Positions 11,001-22,797 of a stretch of DNA of 64,000 nt are shown here, one piece after another. The position numbers and the translations under genes were made by a program. Numbering within the stretch: the stretch's first letter is position 1; every line of letters begins with the position of its first letter. Below the pieces are notes generated by a model that had not been told where the DNA came from, did not search any database, and worked only from the letters and a program-made list of their open reading frames with translations. The DNA is from Stegostoma tigrinum (lineage: Eukaryota): the NCBI RefSeq assembly GCF_030684315.1, contig NC_081373.1:24529989-24593988 (forward strand), in the 5' to 3' direction.

Positions 11001-13679
11001 AAACAAAATCCATATTTAATTACTAAGCCTTATACCAAAATGCATGACATGCTGTCTTACAATAAAAGTAATGACATTATAAAACGTTTAGTTTACAAAA
11101 AGAAATTGTGCCAGTGAATGTATGCCATGAATTCAACACTTGAATGATCACTTAGACTGTTGGCTTTCACCACTTCCTCTTCTTCCCTTACCAATTGACA
11201 GTAATATGATCATTTTAGTAGGTTGCTGGAAGTAACAATGAGTTAAACTGAGAGCAGTTTGCTTTTTCTAGTGCCTGTGACTTGTTCACATTCCTGCAAA
11301 TTTCTCCAGAACTGAAATATTCTGGGATATTTTGCAGAAACACTAATTTATTTTAAATATTATGATCTTTGCTATGACATCTTAGCCTGAATCCTCTATT
11401 CAGTGGAATGCCTGTGTCCAATATTCATCAGGCAGAAAACCGCCCACTTACCTGCAAATGATTTTTCTGGTCAAATGTCAAACGGAGTATCCAGAAGGAC
11501 TCCCTTAATACAGAAATTCACAAACGGGAGCATAGAGAAGCTCTGCAGAAACCACAAATCCTTCCTACAGCATTAGCTGCTGCATTCTCTGTGCGTTTCA
11601 AGGTCCCAAAACTTCTCAGTGTGTTAGTGTGTGTATTGGTGAATGGATATGTGTATGGTAGCTATGTAAGTGGGCAGAGTGAGTGAGGTCAGTGATTCAG
11701 ATGGTAAGTGGGTGATAGTTGATGAGTGGGTCTGAGTGTCAGAAAGGTCATCACAGTTTCAATGGGGTCAGTGTGAAAGATTGAAGGGCCATCTATACAG
11801 TTAACCAAGAGTTAAAAAAAGGACACTTCTGTCTACTGTCTCCTGTATAACTATCCAGGTATATATGCCAGAACTGCGCAAAGTATTTGACGCCAACTCC
11901 CAATCAGAAATATTTATGAAAGGTCTCAGGTAGAAGGAGAATAATCTGTTGGAAACTCAAACTTCCTGAGAAAGTCCCACAGAGTCAATGTGTTGGGGTT
12001 TCCATGGGGCCCGGAGACTGGAAGAAGTGCAGCTTTTGAATTGCGACATTTTTAAGTCCAAACATGTTCCAAATAATTCAAACCAGAAGCTGCTTGATGT
12101 TAAATCCTTACAGGTAATGCTTGGAGAAGAAGGAAGTGATGCATGAAAATTTGCAGTTTAGCTATAGGGGAATAAAAGGTTGAAAAACGGTTCATTCATT
12201 CTTTCAGATATTTGTAAAATAAACCTTTAGAGGTGCCTTCAGCAGAAGTAGGAAACAAAAAGGGATAAAACTACTAATATTATTCACAGTTGAAGCAGAT
12301 TTGGAAAGCTAGTGTATATTTGACCAAATTCTTGGCTTTGAGCCTTTGCTGATTGTTTTTGGCTCTGCTGCAGTATATATGCCCCTTTGTGCTTTATTAT
12401 CAGCGTTGGTTATGTTCCAACTCCAGTGGGGTTTGTTCCTGAATTTATTTAGCCGCTTGTCACTAAAGCAGTAAACATTTTATGTCTTGTTTTCCTGAAA
12501 CATTGAATACCCCCTGGCACTGGTAATCCTTTCTTATCTACTTTGAAAAGCTGCCTCAGATATATAATTGACTAAAAATAATAAAGTTCCAGCTGGACAA
12601 GTTTACTTTAGCCTGAATGTTCAGATTGCATCCAGACAAATCTAACTTAGCTTTTCACTTTCTCATAATCTTATTGCTCAACACTTTGAGTCACCAGCAA
12701 AAGAAGTATGTGAAAAACTTTAAAACACTGGCTAAACAATGAGCCACCCATTGAAAGAATGATGGTTATCTTATGGAATGAAGAATTATTGTGAAATTCT
12801 AAGTGCGAACCTGGGATCTGCAAGTCTAAGCATAACAAATAATCGACAAAATACTAAGTTGGTTTGCAGCAGCTCCCAGCTCATTTTTTGAAAATGCTTT
12901 TACATTTTTTTAAGAAAAGGAAGGCCATTCAATTACAATCTGCAATCATGTCTGGCAAATAGTATGAGTTTGGTGTTCCTTGTGAAATTCTAGTCATCTG
13001 TACTGTGAAAACAAATGTAAGGGTATATTTTAACTCTTTTATGCCCCATCTCTCGTTACTTTACCATATTGAGGTATCAGGCAGCCTGTGCATTTTAGTT
13101 TTTTTCACATGGCAGGTCAGTGTCATTTTCTCAACTAAAGGCTCGTGAGTTTACGTTTCAATAAGACACTTTATCCCACCTTGTTTTTCCTCTGTTACAG
13201 ACTCTCAGACAACACTGAATAGCTTTTCAAATCGAGCAAACTTCTCCATGAAACAAGGAATCATATTTACTATTGGTTGATATCCAGAACAACATACCCT
13301 CTTAGGCCAACAGTCATAAATATTTAACATTCAGCACAACTGCTGGAGGCTGTTGGAGGGTATGAACATAAACAACTTAAGAATGTGTATCTTAATGCTC
13401 CAATTTTTTCTCCCACTTTGCAGCGTCCTGAATTTTCAAACTTTGGTGGTGATAACTGATCAGCAATTAGACCACAAGAACACAATGCCAGTTTGAGTCA
13501 GTGGGATAGCAATAAGCAATGGGAACTCTCACTTTCACCTTAACTGTAAGACGAAGCTTTGCAAGATCTTTCACAATCACAGGATGAATCAAAATGCTTT
13601 ACATTCAATGAAGTTCTTTTATAGTACAGTCTTTGAGTGGAAAAGAATGGAAATGCAGTAGCCAATTGTCTTTTACAAA

Positions 13680-13970
13680 TCTTTCATGGGATGTATCATT
13701 ACTACCTAGGCTGACATTCATTGCCAACCCATACTTGCTTTTGAGAAAGTAATACTGAACTGCCTTCTTGAACTGCTGCTGTGTTTGGGATGTAGATACC
13801 CCCACAGTGCTGTTCGTAAAGGAGTTCCAGGATTTTGACCCAGTAACAGTGCCATAATTCCAAGTGAAGATAGTGTATATCTTGAAAGGGAATTTGTAGG
13901 TGCTGCAGTTCCAATGTATCCACTGCCCTTACTCTTCTAGGTGGTAGAGATCATGACTTTAAAAGATACA
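13680..13970 (-). mobile_element. 3' end of a second LINE family (its tail is shared with the tRNA-SINEs below)
   Basis: Homologous to 41010-41410 (-) and 48980-49130 (+): gggtcaaaatcctggaactcc... Confidence 0.6.
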
Positions 13971-14319
13971 GTCAGCAGACAATATACACCTGGCCTCCCA
14001 ACCTAAGGGTCATAAGCTGAAATTTTGGGGATGCAAGTCCTTAGACAGCAATGGCTGCAGTGGAGCTGTGCTCCTGCTCCAAAGGACATTCTTACATCTC
14101 TCCCCAGTAGTTCTCACCAAGTAGTTGTAACTTTGTCCAAGCCATGAATGGGGCTCCAGTGGGAAGAAAATGCGTGAGAAACATTAATTTACACACAGCA
14201 AGCCCCCACTAAAAAAAAAATTGAGATGCATCGCTTACTTTAATTGAGCAGGTTGGTCAGGATGGCAGGAGAACTCATCTGCTCTTCTTCAAAAAGTGCC
14301 ATGAGATCTGTTAGGTCTT

Positions 14320-14925
14320 TTGCTAAAGGAATAGAGCAATAAAAGTAGGGAAGTGTTGCTGCAATTGCACAAGACACTAGTGAGACTTTTCGTTCCCCTT
14401 AATTAAGGAGGGATGTAGTTGTGTTGGAGGTAGTTCAGAGAAGGTTCACTAGATTGATTCCAGAAATGATGGGTTTGTCTTATGAAGAGAGATTGAACGG
14501 CGTAGGCTGATAGTTTCTGGAGTTTAGAAGAATTAAAGGAAATCTATTTGAGCTATATATGATGCAAAATGGGGTTGACAAAGTGATGTAGAGAGAATGT
14601 TCCCTCCCATGGAGCAATCTACAATGAGATATATCGTTTTAAGATAAGGTGTACAGATAGAAATAGAGATGTTAAAAAATTACTTCTCTCAAGGTGTTGT
14701 GAATCTGTGGAATTCGTTGCCCCAAGGTGCAATGGAAACCTGGATACTGAATAAAGTTAAGGAGGAGATAGATTTTTAATTAGTAACGGGTTGGAGGGTT
14801 ATGGAGAGCAGGCAGGAAAGTGGAGTTGATGCTGAAATGAGATCAGTCACAATTGTATTAAATGATGGAGCAGGCTTGAGGAGATGAATTGCACACCCCT
14901 GCTCCTAGTTCCTACATTCTTAGGT
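14320..14925 (+). mobile_element. Degenerate CR1 LINE 3' fragment
   Basis: CR1 ORF2 C-terminal motifs with stops. 3' end cctgctcctagttcc. Confidence 0.8.
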
Positions 14926-16815
14926 CCACTTGAGAATGCAGACCTCAGTTCACAGACTCATCTGATAAACCCAACAGAGAAGCATTCCTTCAGTATAGCT
15001 CTAAGTTGTCCCTGTAGATTATCTGCTCAAATCTCCAGGGGGACTCTCAGGAGAGAGAGCAACAGCTGACACCAACAGTCATGCCCCTAGACAAGTCCCC
15101 CCTGGCTTAATTACTTCAGTATAGATCTAGGGGTTTAGTTTCATAACAATCAATCTTTCAATTGTTCAAAAAATTTGTAGTAAAATGTTAGTGACAAAAA
15201 TCTGTAAAAGATAACGTTGCCTAGGATGGATTCTTATTTCAGGAACTATCGAGTGTTTCTAACGTAGGAGGGAATGTAATATCTGAGGAACAGAAACAAT
15301 CCCCTGAGAAAAATATAATGTGAAGTAAGAAAAGATTTTTGTAGCGATATGAGACATTACAAATGAAAGGTTATAACATAATAAAAATAGTCAGTGTTTA
15401 AAGGGCACTGTTAACCGGCAAGGGAATGGAATACTTCTAACAGTTGTTAATAATAGCAATAAAAAAGGTCCTAATTTACTGCACTTTGAGTAGGTTGCCA
15501 TCTTTTTAAAAATCAATTATATTTGTACTTCATTCATATTTTACACATTTACTTATAGATCCCATTGTAATGCATACTGTACGCTATTCACAGGGGAGCT
15601 ATGTTTAAGAATTGGATTGTGTTGTGCCAATTTCCATGATTAAATATATGCCAAAGGGTTCAATATGTCCAGCAGCAACCAAGTGATGATGTCACCCTGT
15701 AAATGTGTCACCTGTCATCTTACTTATGCCCGTTCAGTTTGGATTCAAGGCGTGTATCTATGATGGGCATTAGATAGACTGCATTTGAGATCCGATGGCC
15801 TAACACCAGACTGAGGCCAAGTTGGGTTTTAAATCGAGAAGTAAGCACTAGGCTTCCAGTAGTCAATCTTTTCAGACTTTCAAAGGGCATTGAAGAGCCC
15901 ACTGGAGGCTGAATCGCAAAGGTAAGATCTGCCATCTTTATTTACACTACGATAAAATCAGGAGGAACAGCATTGACTTAAACAGATTCAGCTACTTAAA
16001 AAGTAAATTGCCTCACAAATGGGGTAAAATTCTTGGGAGATGAAAAAATATAATTCATCTTTCACATAGTTTTGAATAGCGGAAACTTCTGACTCAGTAA
16101 GAGGGAAAGCAAAACATCCTGTCCATGGCCAAGTGATTGAGCAGCGCAAATCCTCAAATCCCTGTTTCATGTGGCAAAGTGGAGAATGAAGTGAAGAGCC
16201 CTTCTGTGACCTTCCCATTGGAATAGCAGTGCAACATGTTTGGAAAGCAGTGGAAGAAGAAATGTTTGTTTGTAGGAGCCATTGGATCCAGGCCTACAGT
16301 ACACTCTCACAGCAAAAATCTTTGAAACAGTTGGCACATCTTTGCCTTGGGCTGTTTGCTGATATTGTGAGCGTGGCCCAGGTTCCTCATGTTCAGGACC
16401 AACAAACATAGGTGGATGGGAGGGAGGGAATCAGATTATGGGCAGACTGGTTCACCACTGGTGAAATTGTAGTTGCTGTCATCTCTTCCTCCTTTTCTTT
16501 GGAAGAACATTAGGATGGGGGAATTGAATGGAAACACCATTTTCTAAATTATCTTCTAAGTATAAAACCAAATGGCAGCACCAGAATATTTAACACAAAG
16601 CCTGTGGAATATAGAGAAACGTGGAATGACCCAAAGCGCTGATTTCAAAAGTGACCTGAGAATGCAGCTATGATTCTTTGAATGGTCATCAATATATACT
16701 CTAGCAGCTCTGGTTAGCTTATATTAATATAATATCACAAGATCGCATGGACTTTCCTTTGGCACATAAATGTAAGAAAACTAACCACAGACGAGTGGGT
16801 ACTTCTAGAGTCGGT

Positions 16816-17418
16816 GATAATAAAGTGTGAAGCTGGATGAACACAGCAGGCCAAGCAGCATCTCAGGAGCACAAAAGCTGACGTTTCGGGCCTAGGCCCT
16901 TCATCGGAGAGGGGGGTGGGGAGAGGGTTCTGGAATAAATAGGGAGAGAGGGGGAGGCGGACCGAAGATGGAGAGAAAAGAAGATAGGTGGAGAGGAGAG
17001 TATAGGTGGGGAGGTAGGGAGGGGATAGGTCAGCCCAGGGAAGACGGACAGGTCAAGGAGGTGGGATGAGGTTAGTAGGTAGGAAATGGAGGTGCGGCTT
17101 GAGATGGGAGGAAGGGATGGGTGAGAGGAAGAACAGGTTAGGGAGGCAGAGACAGGCTGGGCTGGTTGTGTGATGTAGTGGGTGGAGGGGAAGAGCTGGG
17201 CTGGTTGTGTGATGCAGTGGGGGGAGGGGACGAACTGGGCTGGTTTTGGGATGCGGTGGGGGAAGGGGAGATTTTGAAACTGGTGAAGTCCACATTGATA
17301 CCATTGGGCTGCAGGGTTCCCAAGTGGAATATGAGTTGCTGTTCCTGCAACCTTCGGGTGGCATCATTGTGGCACTGCAGGAGGCCCAGGATGGACATGT
17401 CATCTAGAGAATGGGAGG
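16816..17418 (-). mobile_element. Single-arm PLE without tail
   Basis: GIY-YIG C-terminus and three 39-bp repeats. TSD TTCTAGAGTC(G/A)GTG at 16803-16816 and 17419-17432. Confidence 0.92.
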
Positions 17419-18212
17419 TTCTAGAGTCAGTGTAGTTCCCACACAGAACACTAAAAGAGAAAATTTCTTCAGTTAGTTATTTCCCGCCTCAGATCTGTTA
17501 ATCATAAAGTCTACCCTTTTATATCAAGTCAGCATCACCAAGTGTTGATTTTGAACATTCATGATCAGAGGTGCCTGATAGAGGCAGGAAATGATTTGTA
17601 GCAATTTTCTGACAGTTTGTTGAGTGTGAAAAGCAGGAGCAATTTGAATAGATATTTCCTAAATGACCTGTTCAAAGATGCTATTACACACCTCTGGAGC
17701 AGGTGAATTGACCCAGGCCTCCTAGCTCAGAGGTAGGAGCAATGCTGCTGCACCACAAGCACCCTCAACATTTTAGATATGATTAATTGGTTAATGAGGT
17801 AAAGAAAGTGCACAAGCATGATGACTGGGGATGGTTCACTGGAACCCGAAGACAAACAGCTGTCAGTGCAGAGTCTGTTGATCTTACTAAAGTTATGGAG
17901 GTAGCATCCTGCTCTTTAGCTGAGGCATTACGCAGCTCTTCCCTCGGTCTTCCTCCTGTTCTTGTGGTCCATCTTCCATCTAAAATTAACAGCTCCCTAT
18001 GGACTACTCGGTGAGGGTTTTTGCCTGATGGGGACTGTTCGATAAGGATGCCCTGATGTTGACTATCCTTAGCCCCTGAGTACTTGTTGATAAACTCTAT
18101 TTGCAGGGACAGGTAACTTGTGCTGTATCTCTCAATTGTCTGAACTTTCTTGGCCAATGACCATGTGATGACTACTCGTGATTTCAGATGACTGTTGCTC
18201 CCTTGCCCATCT

Positions 18213-18670
18213 GGGGAGGCAATGGCCTGGCAGTATTATCACTGCACTGCTAATCAAAAGACCCCGATAATATTCTGGGGAGAGATAGTAGGAACTGCAG
18301 ATGCTGGAGAATCTGAGATACCAAGATGTAGAGCTGGACAAACACACAGTATCAGAGGAGCATGAAGGCTGACATTTCGGCCTAGAAGAAGGGTCTAATA
18401 TTGTGGGGACCTGGGTTTAATTCCTGACCCAGCAGATGGTGGAATTTGAATTCAATAACATATATGGAATTGAGAATCTAATGATGGCCGTGAATCGATT
18501 CTTAAGAAAAACCCATCTGGTTCACTAACATCTTTTAGGGAAGGAAACTGCCATCCTTACCTGGTCTGACCTATATGTGACTCCAGACCCACTGCAATGT
18601 GTTTGACTCTCAACTGCCCCCTGGGCAATTAGGGATGGGCAATAATTGCTGTCTGGCAAGTTTTGCCCTC
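18213..18670 (+). mobile_element. tRNA-derived SINE, interrupted by a mini-PLE
   Basis: A/B-box-like head. Body and tail (gggcaattagggatgggcaataa) match the copies at 39865-40212 and 42985-43605. Confidence 0.75.
18282..18395 (-). mobile_element. Mini-PLE (tailed arm + tiny inverted stub) nested in the SINE
   Basis: TSD TAATATT(C/G)TGGGGA at 18268-18281 and 18396-18409. Confidence 0.8.
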
Positions 18671-19279
18671 ATCCTGTTGATAAATAAATGAAAAAGATCT
18701 CCATTTGAAGGTTAGTTTTTATTCCTTCCAAGAACAACATTTTCTTACTTTGGAAACACACATAATAGGGTGACATGGCATCCGAGTACATCATGCGGTT
18801 GAGATGGTGGAAGACTAGGTCCTCCTCTAACACAGTTGGCTGAGGTGTCACGCTATACTGGAAATTCCAAATGTGCATTAGTAAGTGAACAGCTTATAAA
18901 GAGACCAAAATTTCTGACGCATGTTCTCGAGACATATTCTAACATCTCAATTTCTAATTGACTTTAATCACAAAACCTATTTAGATCAATTTTACCACTA
19001 CTTATGTTGATGAGTTTTAAATGGAGTACTTTGGGCTAGCTTGCAGGAGCAATCTAGTCAGAGCCTGATCCCTGCACTAGTAGGACAGGTCTGAGACACA
19101 TCCAGTATTGGGCCTCCCACTCACTTCAATAGGATCGGAGAGTGATAACTGCATGCTTCACATTTGTGGGCAGCTAGCAGGTAAATTTGTATTGGCATTT
19201 GGACTATGATAGGCAACTGCCCCTCAGTACCTTTAGAAGGAGGAGAGCAGTCAGAAAGCAGGAGCTGATTAGGAGAAGG

Positions 19280-19705
19280 TGATCGGAACATACTAAATGG
19301 AAGCAAAAATATTTCAAAGTTGCAGAAGTTTTCAGAGCATCTTCCAGCTGCAATTCAGGTGCAGACTTTTCGATGACCTTGCCTTTGACAGAGCTATTCA
19401 TTATTTCATCATTAATCCTCATCCTGAAGTTCTTTGTATCTTTACTGCAATCTTTGACTTTTGTTCACAACTATTTAATCTCTCCTAGCCTCTAACCATC
19501 ACAGACCTTCCCTTCTGTTCTACCTCCCCATCCTCTCCTTTCAAAAATACTCAACCCATAGCTTTACTACTTGCACTCAGTTCCAAAGAAGGATCATTAG
19601 ACCTAAAACATTTTTTCCTCCTCTAAACCCTCCCAATTGGCTGAGTTTTTCCAATGCCTTCTGTTTTAGTTCAGGATTTCCAGCATCTGCAGCATTTTAT
19701 TTTTT
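19280..19705. mobile_element. Old PLE-type (second family) terminal remnant, probably two-armed
   Basis: Right part resembles 45770-46015 and ends ttccagcatctgcagcatttt. Left part looks like a degraded reverse complement. Confidence 0.45.
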
Positions 19706-19827
19706 GATGGTCACTTCCAATGTTAAGTTAAACAATTACTATCAGTGCCTCATGTATACTATTTGCTTGCTACTTAGGGAGAACTAATACTTCAGAAGGG
19801 CTTCAAACAGGTAAGAAGTCATGGAGC

Positions 19828-20766
19828 CATAGAGATATACAGCACAGAAACAGGCCCTCTGGTCCAACTCATCCATGCCAACCAGATATCCTACATAAAT
19901 CTAGTCCTATTTGCCATCATTTGGCCCCTATTCCTCTAAACCCTTCTTATTCATACACTCATTCAGATACCTTTTAAATGTTGTAATTGTGCCAACCTCC
20001 ACTACTTCCTCAAGCAGCTCATCCCATAATTTTCTTCTGAAGAAGGGTCTAGGCTCGAAAACATCAGCTTTCCTGCTCCTCTGATGCTACTTGGCCTGCT
20101 GTGTTTTTTCAGCTCTACACCTTGTTATCTCAGATTCTCCAGCATCTGCAGGTCCTACTATCTCATTCCATATACCACTCTGGCTGAAAATGTTGCCCCT
20201 TAGGGCCCCTTTAAATCTTTCCCCTCTCATCTTAAACCTATGCCCTCTACTTCTGGACTCCCTCAACCTGGGGGAAAAAACTATTTACCTTATTTATGCC
20301 CCTCATGATTTTATAAATGTCTATAAGATTACCCCTTAGCCTCCGATATTCTAGGGAAAATAACCCCAGTCTCCCTATATCAAAAATCTTCCAACCCTGG
20401 CAATATCCTTGTAAATCTTTTCTGAACTCTATCAAGTTTCCCAGCATCTTTCCTATAGCAGGGTGACCAGAACTGCACACAGTGTTCTAATAATGGCTTA
20501 ACCAATGTTCTGTACAGCCACAACATGGGCTCCTAACTCCCGTACACAAAGCACTGACCAATAAAGGCAAGCGTAGCAAACACCTTCTTCGCTATCTTAT
20601 CTATCTGTAATTCCATTTTCAAGGGACTATGAACCTGCACTCCAAGTTCTCTTTGTTCAACAACATTCCCCAGGACATTGCCATTAAGTGTATAGGCCCT
20701 GCCCTGATTTGCCTTTCCAAAATGTAGCACCTCACATTTATCTAAACTAACCTCCATCTGACACTC
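19828..20766 (-). mobile_element. CR1 LINE 3' part, interrupted by two PLE insertions
   Basis: Minus-strand DKCEVLHFGKANQGR, LGVQVHSPLK and LGLFSLEYRRLRGNLI. Continues briefly after 22082. Confidence 0.85.
20030..20162 (+). mobile_element. Mini-PLE with tail nested in CR1
   Basis: TSD CTCAT(C/T)CCATA at 20018-20028 and 20162-20172. Confidence 0.82.
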
Positions 20767-20831
20767 AGATAATAAAATGTGAGGCTGGATGAACACAGCA
20801 GGCCAAGCAGCATCTCAGGAGCACAAAAGCT

Positions 20832-20859
20832 GACGTTTCGGGCCTAGACCCTTCATCAG
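20832..20859 (-). ncRNA. Minimal type I hammerhead ribozyme motif (PLE-associated)
   Basis: Reverse complement reads CTGATGA-A-GGGT-CTAG-GCCC-GAAACGTC. Confidence 0.7.
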
Positions 20860-21943
20860 AGAGGGGGATGGGGGGAGGGAACTGGAATAAATAGGGAGAG
20901 AGGGGGAGGCGGACCGAAGATGGAGAGCAAAGAAGATAGGTGGAGAGGGTGTAGGTGGGGAGGTAGGGAGGGGATAGGTCAGTCCAGGGAAGACGGACAG
21001 GTCAAGGAGGTGGGATGAGGTTAGTAGGTAGCTGGGGGTGCGGCTGGGGGTGGGAGGAAGGGATGGGTGAGAGGAAGAACCGGTTAGGGAGGCAGAGACA
21101 GGTTGGACTGGTTTTGGGATGCAGTGGGTGGGGGGGAAGAGCTGGGCTGGTTGTGTGGTGCAGTGGGGGGAGGGGATGAACTGGGCTGGTTTAGGGATGC
21201 AGTGGGGGAAGGGGAGATTTTGAAACTGGTGAAGTCCACATTGATACCATTGGGCTGCAGGGTTCCCAGGCGGAATATGAGTTGCTGTTCCTGCAACCTT
21301 CGGGTGGCATCATTGTGGCAGTGCAGGAGGCCCATGATGGACATGTCATCAAGAGAATGGGAGGGGGAGTGGAAATGGTTTGCGACTGGGAGGTGCAGTT
21401 GTTTGTTGCGAACTGAGCGGAGGTGTTCTGCAAAGCGGTCCCCAATTCTCTTGATGACATGTCCATCATGGGCCTCCTGCACTGCCACAATGATGCCACC
21501 CGAAGGTTGCAGGAACAGCAACTCATATTCCGCCTGGGAACCCTGCAGCCATATGGTATCAATGTGGACTTCACCAGTTTCAAAATCTCCCCTTCCCCCA
21601 CTGCATCCCTAAACCAGCCCAGTTCATCCCCTCCCCCCACTGCACCACACAACCAGCCCAGCTCTTCCCCCCCACCCACTGCATCCCAAAACCAGTCCAA
21701 CCTGTCTCTGCCTCCCTAACCGGTTCTTCCTCTCACCCATCCCTTCCTCCCACCCCCAGCCGCACCCCCAGCTACCTACTAACCTCATCCCACCTCCTTG
21801 ACCTGTCCGTCTTCCCTGGACTGACCTATCCCCTCCCTACCTCCCCACCTACACCCTCTCCACCTATCTTCTTTGCTCTCCATCTTCGGTCCGCCTCCCC
21901 CTCTCTCCCTATTTATTCCAGTTCCCTCCCCCCATCCCCCTCT

Positions 21944-21971
21944 CTGATGAAGGGTCTAGGCCCGAAACGTC
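21944..21971 (+). ncRNA. Minimal type I hammerhead ribozyme motif (PLE-associated)
   Basis: CTGATGA core, stem II GGGT/GCCC, GAAA, GTC cleavage triplet. Stem III is reduced to the palindrome ACGT, and stem I is only about 2 bp. Confidence 0.7.
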
Positions 21972-22213
21972 AGCTTTTGTGCTCCTGAGATGCTGCTTGG
22001 CCTGCTGTGTTCATCCAGCCTCACATTTTATTATCTTGGAATCTCCAGCATCTGCAGTTCCCATTATCTCCATCTGACACTCCATGGCTCTTATTTGATG
22101 AAGTAAAAGTAAAAGATCTGGGCGTACAGGTCCAGAGATCCCTGAATGTGGCAACTCAGTTGGACAGGAAGGCATACAGCACCCTTGCCTTCGTTGGTCA
22201 TAAAAGTTGGCAG

Positions 22214-22440
22214 GATAATAAAATGTGAGGCTGGATGAACACAGCAGGCCAAGCAGCATCTCAGGAGCACAAAAGCTGACGTTTCGGGCCTAGACCCTTC
22301 ATCAGACTCTCTGATGAAGGGTCTAGGCCCGAAACGTCAGCTTTTGTGCTCCTGAGATGCTGCTTAGCCTGCTGTGTTCATCCAGCCTCACATTTTATTA
22401 TCTTGGAATTCTCCAGCATCTGCAGTTCCCATTATCTCTG
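22214..22440. mobile_element. 227-bp MITE-like two-armed mini-PLE with back-to-back hammerhead motifs
   Basis: Palindromic about 22308. Hammerheads at 22278-22305 (-) and 22311-22338 (+). Tail on the right. Perfect 14-bp TSD ATAAAAGTTGGCAG at 22200-22213 and 22441-22454. Confidence 0.95.
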
Positions 22441-22707
22441 ATAAAAGTTGGCAGATTGTGTTCCAGCTGTACAAAACCTTAGCTTGGTCATATTTGGAAT
22501 ATTGCACGCAGTTTTGTTGCCACACTACCAGAAGGACGTGGATGCATTGGTGAGGATGTAAAGAAGGTTTACCAACATGTTGCCAGGTCTAGAGGGTTTT
22601 AATTACGAGGAGAAGTTGGATAAACTCGGATTGTTTCCACTAGCAAGACAGAAGTTGAGGGGCTGAGGTTGATAGAGATCAATAAAACTATCAGACGCAT
22701 AGATAGG

Positions 22708-22797
22708 ATGACAAAGTGTGAAGCTGGAAGAACACAACAGGCCAAGCAGCATCTCAGGAGCACAAAAGCTGACGTTTCGGTCCTAGACCCGTCATCA
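22708..22797 (-). mobile_element. Single-arm mini-PLE without tail
   Basis: TSD CATAGATAGGATG at 22698-22710 and 22796-22808. Confidence 0.88.

Larger units (their letters stand above)
20767..22067. mobile_element. Very young two-armed PLE forming a near-perfect ~590-bp inverted repeat
   Basis: Arms 20767-21358 and 21445-22035, spacer ~86 nt, tail on the right arm only. 15-bp TSD CTCCATCTGACACTC at 20752-20766 and 22068-22082. Confidence 0.95.

Noticed and set aside
11450-11548. Minus-strand segment with good acceptor (tttctgcag) and donor (cag|gtaagt), a candidate host exon
   Set aside because: Stop codons in all three frames, and no other supporting exons recognised.
17783-18157. 124-aa minus-strand ORF in unique-looking sequence; also 5177-5664 and 25792-26397
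   Set aside because: No recognisable domain or exon structure. Lengths are compatible with chance.
20752-20766. Sequence-specific target consensus for the PLE endonuclease
   Set aside because: Aligning about 12 TSDs by eye gave no consensus beyond 1-5 nt microhomology to the element ends.
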